The position numbers and the translations under genes are program-made. From Octopus sinensis (lineage: Eukaryota), in the NCBI RefSeq assembly GCF_006345805.1, contig NC_043005.1:27714001-27778000 (forward strand): a DNA stretch of 64,000 nucleotides. The letters run 5' to 3'. Within the stretch, counting starts at the first letter, position 1; every line of letters begins with the position of its first letter. A model generated the notes under the pieces. The model had not been told where the DNA came from and made no database searches. It saw only the letters and a program-made list of their open reading frames with translations. Shown here one piece after another: positions 48,573 through 61,500 of this stretch.

Positions 48573-49224
48573 CACCAACAACAACTCTGGAGAGAGAGAG
48601 AGAGAGAGAGTCAGTAAATATGGCTTTTACTTATGGACATCTACAACATAAACAATAACATTGGTAATTAGAACAAATTACACAGGTGTCATTTTAAATA
48701 CATCAGACCATGGACTTCAGAGTTTGAATATATAGTAGGCCATGTACTATATAGGAAAGTCAGTAATAATGTATAGTAAGGCAGGTACTGTTAGTAAAGA
48801 CAGTAATAGTATATAGCAAGGCAGGTACTATATAGTAAAATCAGAGACAATTAATGGAAAATACTGAGAAAAAATTTTATCGATTAAAATTGCACTTGGT
48901 TTCAAAATGGGAAGGGAAAACCGTTTAATGATTAACTTGGCTTAAGAAAGGCAAAGAGACAACTCTGAATGTTAAATTAGTTTTCATTGATATGAAGTGT
49001 GTATAGTGATAACCCCAGATATGTCTGTGAGTCTTATTAAGTTACCTCTGTGAAGCATAGCTATATCAGTACTTGGTGATAGAGATATAAAGATTTCTGA
49101 GAGAATAAACACTGATAGATATAGAGGCTTTAAAAATATTGGTTGAGGTGGGGTGGGAGTGGAAGTACTAACGTTTTAATCAGTTGAAAGACTTTGACTC
49201 ATTGCAATGATATATTAGCATTTA

Positions 49225-49592
49225 TTACCTTCGCCTTAGCAAAGGTGGAGGTATTGTTTTCAGTCATGCTTGTTTGTTTGTCCATAAAGAAGATATCTCA
49301 AGAATCGCTGGATGGATTCAGATGAAACTTTCAGGAATGTCTGGCTTTGTGACTGGCACAAACTGATTAGATTTTGGGATTGATCTGGCACCAAACAAGG
49401 ATTCTGGATTATTTTTCCTGTCTTTTTTACTTAATTTTTGAGAGTGGTTGGGTTCATTTTTAGTATTCTCATTTGTGAGAGCAGTCGAGTTTATTTCAGA
49501 TATTCTCATTTTAAAAATCATCTCTGGCTAATCGTTGAGAAGACATTGGTGTTGCCTTGGCAGAGGTTTGCACTCTCAGAGTGCTCTTGCTT
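49225..49592 (+). mobile_element. Second copy of the HINE-like element
   Basis: Colinear with 22733-23109 across its length. Confidence 0.6.
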
Positions 49593-51789
49593 AATATGTT
49601 TTTCTTGCAGAAGGCATCTTTGGGTAATTTCTACCAGGCATTCTTCCAAAACCTTTCTCCACTACCATCATCATTACAGAAATGTAACCTTCTAAAGCAC
49701 TAATATTGCTCTACAGACATTAACCAACAGAAGTTCAAGGTGAACACCAACATGTGCAATCTGAGAGATGGTTTGAAAGGACCAGGAAGAGGACAGTGCC
49801 TCTCTTCATAGTCTACACAGGTTCCAGTGTAGGTAAATTGAAATAACTATGAATTGAACCTGAAATGCAGATAAGAAGACGATCTGCTAAAAACAGCAGT
49901 CAAATTTCCATCAAAATACACTAATACTGTTTTAAAAATGCATGATAATGTGGTCCTTGGTTCCTTACACATAGGAAAAAGATGGGATGGTCATGGCTGG
50001 GATGCATTTGATCATAGGTCTGCCCAGTGAAAGCTAACTTGAGGCTAAATAACAATACTCAGTCATTATGTGAGATTCTTTGTTGTTGTTTGACTTGCTA
50101 GAAATGGCAACCCAATCTCCTTTCTATCACCCACTCTACCATCTTAAAAAAAGTGGGTAGGACACATTGGACAATTGGATCCTAGATGCATTGTGTCTAA
50201 ACATAAAAAAAAGCATAAAAGACAGGATTGCCACAACTGGAATACCATTATAGGTTTACTCAATTAGGACTCAACCTCAATAATTAATGTAAAAATTAGT
50301 TTATTAAAAAAATTAGCAAATTCATTAAATCCCTCTAATCTTTTCATTGTTAATGTTGTAAACTAATTGAAACATGCACGATATATGTTGTTAGAAACAA
50401 TAGAAACAAAGGGATTAAATTCAGTATATAAAAAAAAAACACTTCCTAATTTTAGTAGTGACCATCCCTACTGCATTAGTATGCTCACATAGAGTTTAAA
50501 TGTCCTTTTAGTATTTAAGCTTGAAGGGATATCAGAAAGATTTGGCTTACATAGAAGTTCCTTAATGACACAGACACTCACATCCACCATGGGTTGAAGG
50601 AAAGGTTTGATGAATGTGTGTGTGTGTGAGAGAGGATATGTCCCTAGCAACAACAAGAGACTGTCAATAAATTATATCAAGCAGGCATTACAACTGTCAC
50701 AGATGTTAACAGTGAACTATGACAAATTCTGCGAACACACATATACGCATACACATACAGATACATATGCAAACATAAATCTTTTTTATCTTTTACTTAT
50801 TTCAGTCATTGGGCTGTGGCCAGGCTGGAGCACTGCCTTGAAGGGTTTTCCTAATGGTAGCAATTTTATGTTTTCTTCTTTACTGGAACATCAGGTAGCA
50901 TGCCCTGCTTGAGGGGAATCCAAGACTACAGGGTTGACCCCCAGTCCTTGTTCTTTTTATAAGTTTGGCTCATATTCTATTGCTCTCTTTTGCCAAACTG
51001 CTAAGTTACAAGCACATAAACAAACCAACACTGGTTGTTATGTGGTGGTTAGGGACATACACAAGACACACACACTTGCATGGATGGATGGATAGGTCAA
51101 TGGATGGATCGATCAATAGATCGATCGGTCAATGGATAGATGGACAGACAGGCAGACAGTAGATACACACACACAATAGGCTCCCTCACAATTTCCATCT
51201 TCCAAATTCATTCACAGGATGTATGTTGGCCCAACTCGAAGGCACTTGACCAAGGTACCATGCAGTGGAACTGAATACAAGACTACATGGTTGAAAAGTG
51301 AGTTTCTTAATCACAGAGCCAAGCCTCGGTCTATAAATCCAGGGACAAAAATGTTTCAGTAAATAATAAAGAAGAAGGCAGAAAATTGCTACCATTAGGA
51401 AAATGGTAATGTCTGATTCACAGAAAAAGAGTAGGTAAAAATGCTCCAGAGGGTATCACTCAATGTAAACTATGAATGCACATGATGTGTGGTGGAATCT
51501 CAGAAAAGTTGACAGAGAATAGATCAACTGCTGTAAACTATTTCTAAGGTGTTTCCCGGCATTTGAAAAAATTTTATGAATGACAACAGGAAAGGGATTG
51601 AACAAGAGGAAAGATGTCCCACCATAGGGAATATACCTCACTGAATTCCATCCAACTCATGCATGCATGGAAAAGTAGATGTTAAAATAATGACGATGAT
51701 GATGATCTTATTGCTAATGACCACTGTACATCTGCGACACAAAACGTCTACCTTCTCTGTCAACCTACCTGTAATCCTACTACATCACT

Positions 51790-52380
51790 AGTTGGCCCAT
51801 ATTTTACACCAGGTACAATGTACAACATTCCTGCCTGCTTCTCGATTGCATATTAAGTATGGTCACTTTCCAGATGGCTGTACTGTCTCATCTTTTGCTC
51901 TACTCATTAAAACTTTTGTCTTTATTAAGTTGACTTTCCCACTGCTTGAGTCTAAGATTTGCTTTCACCTTTGGAATTTCACTTCTAAATGTTTGAGAGA
52001 TTCAGCTGAGATCCAGGTCCTCAAAACTGTGATATCATTGTCATTATTATTCCACTTATATGGTTAACTTGTCTTTTAACTCATCAGTTATGTAAGAAGA
52101 ACAATAACAAACAAGAGTGGACTGAGAACTAATCCCTGATGAACACCTAACTACATGCTAAGTTCTTTGCTGAACTCATTACTAACTCTGCCACATAGCA
52201 TTCATAGCTCTTGCAAGCCATTCATCTAGTTCTCTTAGCAAGTACCAGACTAAAGAGTATGGTACCCTGTCAAAAGCCTTCTTCAAGGTAACAGATACTA
52301 AGGATAGTGGCTTGTTCTTATCTAAGAACTTATCCTGCAATTTCTTGTCTCACTAGGAAGAGGGCTTCAGTTGTACCCTG
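51790..52380 (-). mobile_element. RTE-clade LINE reverse-transcriptase fragment
   Basis: KKAFDRVP and GVHQGLVLSPLLFVIV motifs; degenerate. Confidence 0.8.
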
Positions 52381-54494
52381 TCGTTCATCTCATCACTGTT
52401 AATTAGTTGTGTTATAATTCATTCTATTACTTTTGTGATTTAGTCTATACGTATAAACTATGAACCAACAAGGTACCTCTATGTGCTCAGTTACAGGGGA
52501 CTCAGCTCTTTGCAGATGGTTAATCACTCAAGCATTCCCATCACACTTGTCTCTCTTTTCAATCACCCACACTATACTCTCCCCTACACCCTTCAAGCCC
52601 CACACTAATAACAATGCCTAACTCTTCCCCTTCAGAATGTCCCCTTCCTTTCACCACCCAAATTCCTCAATAAATTAAGTGGAATAATAAGGACAATGAT
52701 ATCACAGGTCTTGAGGATTTGCCAAGAACAAAGGGACAGACCCCTTCTCAAGACAAACATCAACGAAATATTTAAAAAGATGTCTCAATATAAATAAAAG
52801 ACAGGATGGTCACAGTTGGAACAGTTTTTAACAGGCCTGCTGACCCCAAATGAAACCACCACCACCACCACTGTCAAAATAAGCAACTATGACAAGATAA
52901 CATACACCACTATGCTGCAGTACTTGACATCTAAGTCGTTGGTAAGAATGTGTGAAATGTTTTCAGTGCTGTCGCTATCTTCTAAGAGCTCAAACAGTCA
53001 CTTAAACATACTGTTCACTAATCACTAGGTAATACAACAGTGGAATGTTCTGGAAGTACCATAAAATAAATTACTTAGTTATGTGTGTGGTGAGGGTCTG
53101 AATCATTCAAATGTCACATCATTTATTTTATTGATCCATGTCGTTTCTAACCTGAAACTAAGTATTCCCATCTGACTTGCAAAATATAAATGCAAGCTTT
53201 TTGGTGCGAATGGTTTTGTTATGTGGCACCGGGTTTTACAACCTGTAAATAATAATGATGGTATTTTTATATAAGCTTATGGCAATCACCGTACAATGAC
53301 TAAGGAAAATAGTCTAATAATGGGGTATATAAGCCCTCGACAGAAAAAAGTAGGCTTTCCTATCCACATGGGACCCGAACCCATATCCCTTTGTTAACGC
53401 GACTAAGTGTGTTACCATTACTCCAGTGAATTAGCCTATATTGTATCTATGCTACCCAGTTTAACACTACCACCTGGTCCTTGGGTACTTTTAGTCAGGT
53501 TCACCACATTGCAAGTATTTAGACCAGACCCCTCTAGTTGACTTCCTTGTTTTTTTTCTGCAGATGTTAAGGCATTTTGTATGGCACAATTCTGCTGCCC
53601 CACCTTAATAATAATAATAATCCTTTCAACTGGAGGCACAAGGCCTGAAATTTTTGGGGAAGGGAGCTAGTCAACTGCATTGACCCCACTGTTTCACTGG
53701 TACTTAATTTATTGACCCTGAAAAGATGAAAGCAAAGTTGGCCTTGGCAGAATTTGAACTCAGAACGTAGTGGCAGAGAAAATACAGTTAATCATTTTGC
53801 CCAGCAAAATAACAATTCTGCCAACTTGCCACCTTAATAATAATAATGATAATAATAATAATCCTTTCTACTGGAGGCACAAGGCCTGAAATTTTGGGGA
53901 CAGGGGGACTAGTTGATTACAATGAACCTAGTACTCAACAGGTACTTATTTCATTGACCCCCAAAAGGATGAAAATCAAAGTTAACGTTGACAGGATTTG
54001 AATTTAGAATGGAGACAGACAAAATGTTGCTCAGCATTTTGACTGGCATGCTAATGATTCTGCCAATGTGCCACCTTAAAAAATAATAATTGCAAAAATA
54101 ACAACAACAGCAATAATGTTATTTAGTTCTGAAATGTAAGATTAATGCTAGTTTGTTACAAGCAGATTGTATAAGATCTTCTATGATATCCAAACTGTTT
54201 AAGAATTGCTCTCTCTACAGTATTATCAATATATCTAATGAGTATGTAAACACCTGAATAACTTAGTGGCAATAAAGAACGGAGATAACAAGTTGACCAT
54301 AAGTAACTAGATAGTTTTATCTGCTTCTTGCAGTCTATGCTAATTCATCTTCAACCTCAACTAAACCTTAATGAAAGAACGCAGGAAATCTAAATTTGGA
54401 TGATGTGAAAATGTATCAAGTGATGATAGCTTCTCTCTGAAACTACAGACATGATAGCTGTTGTTTTGATGGAGAGAAACTACAGATTCCAATG

Positions 54495-54770
54495 CCCACA
54501 GGCATATGGTGTAGTGGTTAAGAGCATGGACTACTAACCCCAAGATTCCGAGTTCGATTCCAGGCAGTTACCTAAACAACAACAACAACAACAACAACAT
54601 CGAAAAATACCATAGGAATGAGAACCTAGGTTTGAAATTTCCCCAAGACACCTGATGAAGGCTGGAAGGTATATCAGCTGAAACATGTTAACAAGAAACA
54701 AGATGAGGACAAATATCTGTCAAATGTAAATAATGTACATAATTCATCATCTCTTAGATATAGAACTATA
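54495..54770 (+). mobile_element. Family D tRNA-head/hammerhead SINE-like copy
   Basis: GGTGTAGTGGTTAAGAGC...GAGTTCGATTCC head; GACACCTGATGAAGGCTG...CAGCTGAAAC at 54647-54684. Confidence 0.8.
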
Positions 54771-56036
54771 TGATGGCATTTGTTTTGATGGAGAGACTGC
54801 CATTTCTTTCTTATCACTTGTAACTCTTTTCCACATTCATTCTTGACTGTGTACTTTTATCACTTATACTCAGCAATACTGAAACATAAATTATACAATT
54901 AATTGTCTAATATATATACATATATATATCAAAGGAAGACAAAAAAGACATTTAAGCCACCACATGACTTGAAAAAAATGCAGTCAGTATATCCACCACC
55001 ATTATCATTTAGTGCCTCTTATCCATGCTGGCATGAGTTGGACAGTTTGACAGGATCCAGCAAACCATAGCACTGTGTTAAGCTCTAATATCAGCTTTGG
55101 TATGGTTTCTACAGCTGAATGCCCTTGCTAACACCAACCACTTTACAGTGTATACTGGTGCTTCTCTAATTCCACCAGCACTAGTGAGGTAGCCAAGTAA
55201 CTAGAGAGACAGGAAAAGGAAAGGAAGATCCACCTCAATAGTTTCAGGGGAGTATTTGAGAGTAGGGGAGTGGCTTTAAGCCTGGTGATGAGAAGCTAAA
55301 GTATGATCAAGGTACAAGTCTAGGTGTCTTACTATACAGATACTACATAGCATTTTATAATGGTGAGTGGGAGTAGCATGGAAGAAGATAAGATGGTAGT
55401 GAAGGGGCAACAGAGCAAACCCTCAATATACAAGAAAGTGAGCAGAAATGAAGATACAAACAGTGGAAGTGGAGCAGTTTGGCTGTTACTTCTCAAAAGT
55501 CAAATGACCAACATAGGCAAGGGCACAGTATATCTGGAGTTATGTATAGATGTGTGGGTACAACCAACTACCTATGTGCCATCTGCCTGCTGTTCACAGG
55601 AACAGGGACTGGTTTGATACATTACAATAGCAAGTAATTAGCTGCATAATTAGTTTCTGATATTTCAAATATTTATTTATTCACTATGAACAGAATTAAG
55701 TTGGAAAGACTGCTGACCAAAGCCTCTCTGTCTTAAAATCTTACACCACCCTCCCCACACAAATCCTCAGATAGCTTTGGTTGAGCAATTGTCAATATGA
55801 ATCAAAGGGAGAAAACGTCTCACCTTCCAGTCAAAAACAATCAGGAGCGCAAAGAGAAAATAAACAATGAATGAAACATAAATTATAGCTAAACAATTGC
55901 CATTGTTTTTTAAATTCTTTTTGATAAATTAACAATAATAAATATGTAAACTGATGTGAGTGTAACAAATACAGCAAGAAATATATATATTTAAACAGTA
56001 GCTGCATGACATCGTGAAGTATATTTGCCACCTAAA

Positions 56037-56238
56037 TTTCAGGTGATATACCCTCCCACCTTCATCAGGTGTCTTGGGTAAATTTCAAACCTGGGTTCTC
56101 ATTCCTAAGGTATTTTTCAATGTTATCATCATCATCATCATCATCTAACATCTGTTTTCCATGCTAGCATGGGTTGGATGGTTCGACTGGGGTCTGGGAA
56201 ACCAGGAGGCTGCACCAGGCCCCAGTCTGATCTGGCAG

Positions 56239-56287
<49 letters not shown>

Positions 56288-56411
56288 TACTATAATTATT
56301 ATTCAGGTCACTGCCTGGAATCAAACTCAGAATCTTGGTGTTAGTAGCCCTTGCTCTTAACCACTATGCCATATGCCCATGGTGTAGTGGATAAGAGTGC
56401 GGGCTACAAAC
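56037..56411 (-). mobile_element. Family D copy, truncated after the hammerhead GAAA and interrupted by an RTE-tail SINE
   Basis: Minus strand GACAC-CTGATGA-AGGTG...CACCT-GAAA at 56037-56073; head at ~56300-56380 with a short inverted duplicate running to 56411. Confidence 0.7.
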
Positions 56412-57196
56412 AGCATTAGATGGACCATTATAGAAGATGTGTATATGCATGTCTATGTGCGTGCATATATGTGTATATATACTTATATGCATGTATATGT
56501 ATGTCTTAATGTGTGTATATGTTCACATACATGAATCTGTATCATCATCATCGTTTAACATCCGCTTTCCATGCTGGCATGGGTTGGACAGTTTGATAGG
56601 AGCTGGCCAGGCAGAAGACTGCACCAGGCTTCTGGGTCTATTATGGCATGGTTTTTATGGCGGGATGACCTTCCTAACATCAACCACCCTGCAGAGTGAA
56701 ATGAGTGCTTTTTACATGGCACCAACACTGGTAGGGTCACCAAGTAACTTGCAAGACAAGGAATCTTTGAGCGGGGAAGGGACATTGGAGGAGGTGATCC
56801 TATGTCAGATGATGAAAGGTTAGAGTGTGTGTACATATATTCATGTATGTATGTGCATGTATGTGTGTGTATGTGAATCTATAATCATGCATGTATGATG
56901 ATGACTATATATGTATATATGTGTGCATATATACATATTGTATTTATATTCACTGACACTCTAATTTATGCGTAAATATGCACAAGTTTTCCTTATTTTT
57001 TTATTTATGCAATTATTTACTCAATGGTGTAAGGGACAAAATGTTTGAAAAATATGATTCATTCCTGTGACATTATAATTGTTTTTATAATTTCTTCCAG
57101 AACTATATATATATACATATATAATGTGACCGTGTGAGTACCATTGGCAATTTTTTTTCCTCTGTCTTCCCTTCTCTGGATCTTTCTTTTTCCTAT

Positions 57197-57231
57197 GTTT
57201 CTGACGAAGAGCTCAACTCGAAACGTTAAAC
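57197..57231 (+). ncRNA. Minimal type I hammerhead ribozyme (Penelope-tail type), intact core
   Basis: GTTT-CTGACGA-A-GAG-ctcaa-CTC-GAAAC-GTT-AAAC; stem III is the palindrome ACGT. Confidence 0.68.
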
Positions 57232-57329
57232 CCTCCTTCTTCCCTTCCTTCCTGAGCATCCAATAATACCATATTTGTTCCACGTCCTCGTGTTGTTGTG
57301 TTTTCATGTTTGGATTAACTTTATATACA

Positions 57330-57508
57330 TATATATATACATAGATATACATACATATATATACATATATATGTATAAATCTACATATACATACATATAT
57401 ATATATATATCTACACACACACACATATATATATATATCTACACACACACACATATATATATACACACACACATATATATATACATATATATGTATATAT
57501 CTACACAT

Positions 57509-57560
<52 letters not shown>
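57330..57560. repeat. (TA)n/(CA)n compound microsatellite
   Basis: Direct reading. Confidence 0.9.
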
Positions 57561-57563
<3 letters not shown>

Positions 57564-57567
57564 CTGC

Positions 57568-57978
57568 AGTAGCATCAACCCTTAAGGGTTAGCCACATTT
57601 AGGTGGCAAATATACTTCACGATGTCATGCAGCTACTGTTTATACCTCGCTCAGAGATTTATTATTGCTTATTTCCACTTTTTCGAGATCAGTGACATTT
57701 TGTCACTGGAAAAAGTATATATATATTTGCATTGAGAATCACTTCCCATTGCCAACCAGTGGTTATCACATGCTGATGATGGGTCAATACTCAGAAACTC
57801 AGGTCCATGTGTATCATGTCAGGCTGGAGATAAGAACAATGACTTCCTTTTGCAAATACTGATAGAGCACAGATAGTGTGTCAACAACCAGCTGGAGATG
57901 TCTTCCTGGGGCTACAAACTAGAGTAGCATCAACAATTAAGGTTTAGCCACATTTAGGTGGCAAATATACTTCATGAT
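57568..57978 (+). mobile_element. Retrozyme-like unit: 355-bp period, 56-bp terminal redundancy, one intact hammerhead
   Basis: 57568-57623 matches 57923-57978 at 52/56; hammerhead at 57767-57811; flanked by (TA)n on both sides. Confidence 0.65.
57767..57811 (+). ncRNA. Canonical minimal type I hammerhead ribozyme, fully intact
   Basis: CACATG-CTGATGA-TGGGT-caat-ACTCA-GAAAC-tcag-GTC-CATGTG: 6-bp stem I, 5-bp stem II, GUC triplet with predicted cleavage after 57805. Confidence 0.85.
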
Positions 57979-58096
57979 ATATATATATATATATATATCT
58001 ACGTTAAGATATACAAAATCACTCACATATGTATATATATATATGTGTGTATGTGTATATATATACATACACGTATATATATATATATATACACAC

Positions 58097-58131
<35 letters not shown>

Positions 58132-59099
58132 TATATATATACATATGTGAGTGATTCTGTATATCTTAATGCAGATATACTGTAGATGGGCAGAAAATTG
58201 CAGTGTACACACACACACACACACACACACTCCCCAAATTCCTAAAACTAAAACTTAGGAATAGACATTATACACAAGCACTTCATTCTGCACTCTTTCC
58301 AGGCCTCAACACTGTGAACAAGACAACATGATTGGAAGTAAATTATATGTAGTGTTCAAATTAATTGGTAGATGAACAATGAGGAATGGAAATCATTACT
58401 CTTTTAATGATAACATTAATTGCTACTTATATTTCGTATATATGCCTACATGAGGTCACATCGATGAATCTCTCAACTAAATATAGAAAAACTGAGCTCA
58501 TAATTGTTGACATGAACTTATCAGAATATAATATTGACATTGATAGAAATGTAACACTGTTGTTTTTCCATTTGTGCTATAAATAGATAGTATCTAAATA
58601 CAATGTCAACCTAAGTCATGTTCCCTGAAATTGCATTCTAAAGGTATGGCTGTGCGGTTAAGAAGTTTGCTTTGTAACATGTGATTTCAGGTTCAATCCC
58701 ACTGTGCAGTGCATATCTTGGGCAAATGTGTTTTATAATAGTCCCAGGTCAGTCAATTCATTGAGTGAATGTGGTAAACAGAAACTGCATGATAGCCCAA
58801 TGCCTTTTGTTCTCACACCATTTAACATGAAAGCTAAATTTGTATGAAGTTGAGCCTTATCTGTGTTGTCATAGTACCATCAAGAGAGTTAGTACAGTTT
58901 TTTTTTTTTTGTAGACCAACAGCACTTCATGTTTGGCCTTCGAATTCTGGTGAATGACACTAAGGTGGTTTATTTGCAAGTAACCACTATATATGTATCT
59001 CTTTCTCTGTAAATATATATATATATAAACTTAGATATGTTTCGACTAAAGATTGGTCCAGGCCATGTTTAACTTAATAGCACCACCTGATAGGATTAT

Positions 59100-59520
59100 C
59101 TAAATCTTTTTTAAGTCAAGTTTTGTGGTATCATGGTCCATTCGAATAGGGAGTTTTTGTTGAGTGAGTTGTATCCAGGTATAGGTGGCTTATCTGGTAT
59201 TCCTTGAAGAAATTTGTCCAGACTCTGTTTAAAGGTGACGGGCTCCTTTTCCTCTTTGATCAGTTTTGGGACAATGTTAAACAGGGCAGGACCTGTTGAG
59301 GAAAAGAAATTGTGTCACAATGTACCTATATGTTGTGATCCTGAATTGGGCAGAGGACATATGGCCCATGGTCCCAGCCTTGGATAAACCTTGAAGCTAA
59401 TGTTGAGGTCATTTGGAGAATGCTGGCAGTATATTCTCCACATCGTGCAAATGATATGCAGAATATACCAGTCTGTGGGATGAAGTTAAAATAATAGACA
59501 CTGGAAAATACAAAAACTAA
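59100..59520 (-). mobile_element. CR1/L2-group LINE 3' end
   Basis: TGPALFNIVPKLIKEEKEPVTFKQSLDKFLQGIPDKPPIPGYNSLNKNSLFEW. Confidence 0.75.
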
Positions 59521-59664
59521 AAGAAGCAGCACATATGCTAGGACACAACAACCTCCTAAGCAGACCGAGTGCAGATATGAGCAGCATATGGGAACCGGTA
59601 TTAAGGAAAGATAGAAAAATATTAGATTCATAAGCCCTAAAATTCACTCCATAATTGCTCACGG

Positions 59665-59915
59665 GCATATAGTGTAGTGGTTAACCACAAGATTCCAAGT
59701 TTGATTTCAAGCAGTGACCTGAACAATAATAATAATAATAACATCGAAAAACACCTTAGGAATGAGAACCCAGCTTCGAAATTTCCCCAAGACACCTGAA
59801 GAAGGCTGGAGGGTATATCAGCCAAAACGTTGTGTTAACAACAAACAAGATGAGGACAAATATCCGTCAAATGTAAATGATGTACATAATTCCTCAAATC
59901 TTAAATATAGAACTA
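59665..59915 (+). mobile_element. Family D tRNA-head/hammerhead SINE-like copy
   Basis: Partly deleted head; GACAC-CTGAAGA-AGGCTG...CAGCC-AAAAC-GTT-GTGTT at 59791-59836, where only G12 is mutated to A. Confidence 0.8.
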
Positions 59916-61199
59916 TAACTCTGCCAGATCAAGACTGGAGCCTGGTGCAGCCATCTGGTTGCCAGCCCTCAGTCAAAACCGTCCAACCCATGCTAGCATG
60001 GAAAACGGACGTTAAATGATAATGATAATGCTATATATATGTACATATGCATATATACATACATGTATATCTGTATTTCTTCTCAGATGTTCCATGTCTG
60101 CTATGTGAATTCAAACAGATAAGACAGTAAACATCTACTCTGTATCCTCCATAAGGAATAGGCATATTTTACTCTCATTCATATTTAGGAGAATCTTACT
60201 TGTTTCAAAGTAGCTTTGGAAAAGTAAGTGAAGTGGCTTCACAAGATCCTTTTTGGTTGCTTCTAGAAATATTAAATCACTTTTTTTATATCAATCTCAT
60301 TGATGGCTGTCGCTTGTCTTTTGCACAGTTGCAATGTTGAAGAACTATACAGGCTCAGCTGTTTACATGCCCATCAATTGAGTACAGTAGAGTACAGCCA
60401 GCCATCACTTGCTTGCAAGTACGGCTTGATACATGCACCAAGCTATATCACTAACTGTTTTTGATGCCTGTGTAGTTGCAAGCAGACACAGACTCTCTCC
60501 TCTGCCTTTCCCTGTCCCACTGCTCGTCCTAAGTCCAGGACATAACAGCTGGAGAGAGAGAGAGATAAAGAGAGAGAGAGAGAGAGTGAGGTGCACCAGT
60601 ACCTAGTTGGTATTCATTTACAGCTGAGTAGACTGCAGCAACATAAAATGAAGTACTTTGGCCAATGGCACAACAGGCAGATAAGGCTCAGGTAGTTTGT
60701 TGTATATTTTACTTACCTTGTGAGGGTCTGAAGCAAGAGAAATACTTCATTCAAACAAGGACCCTATTTTGCACTACTCAGAGATTGTATCTGTTGCAGA
60801 TCTATAGAAGATTTTAGAGTTGGCTTTTATGTTACCTACAACCCATGCTTCCTTTATTGTTCTCTCTCTCTCTCTCTCTGTATGCACTTTATTTTATTTA
60901 CTATGAAATATCCAACACTCACCCTTCCTTAGTATTTTTTCTCATTCAGTTATTTGTTCATTTGACTAATTTAAGATGTTTGTCCTTTGTCTCAAGACAA
61001 TTTTCCTGTAGTCAGGGATGCCATTTCTGCTAATGGCACCTATCTTTTTCAGTGAGACAGGTTTAATCTATACAGTTTGTATTAACATAAATTACTTCAT
61101 TTCCATACCATTATTTTCCAAAGAGATAGCTTGGTATCAGTTTTTCTTGTAGATTTCTTATTTGATTTCCTTTGACTTTCTGCAGTTGTAATGAGGCAC

Positions 61200-61500
61200 T
61201 AATTTACAGGTTTCCTTGAACAATACATTATTATTTCCCTCAAACTGTGGTCAGATAATACTATAGGGATTACCTTCACATTATGGATGGGTTCCACATT
61301 ATCTGTCAAGCAAGAGACCCAATGTATTATTACCTCTCTTAATGGCATGCAGTGAACTGCATGCTCTTGAGATAAGCATGATATTGTGATCAGGCAGTAA
61401 CATTCCTGAGAGAATGTCTCCCTCTGACCATTCAAAGATGGGAAGATTTAAGCCATACAATATAGGAATATCAATATGCTGATTTAATTTCATCAATATT
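61200..61500 (-). mobile_element. LINE AP-endonuclease fragment, possibly the same element as 59100-59520
   Basis: Frameshifted KRGNNTLGLLL / TDNVEPIHNVKVIPIVLSDH (SDH motif), same strand. Confidence 0.6.

Noticed and set aside
53130-53440. tRNA-like sequence (minus) with a downstream CAGATGG...GAAAC segment
   Set aside because: It is a decayed SINE head, not a full cloverleaf. The hammerhead-like segment has two core changes and no convincing stem II.
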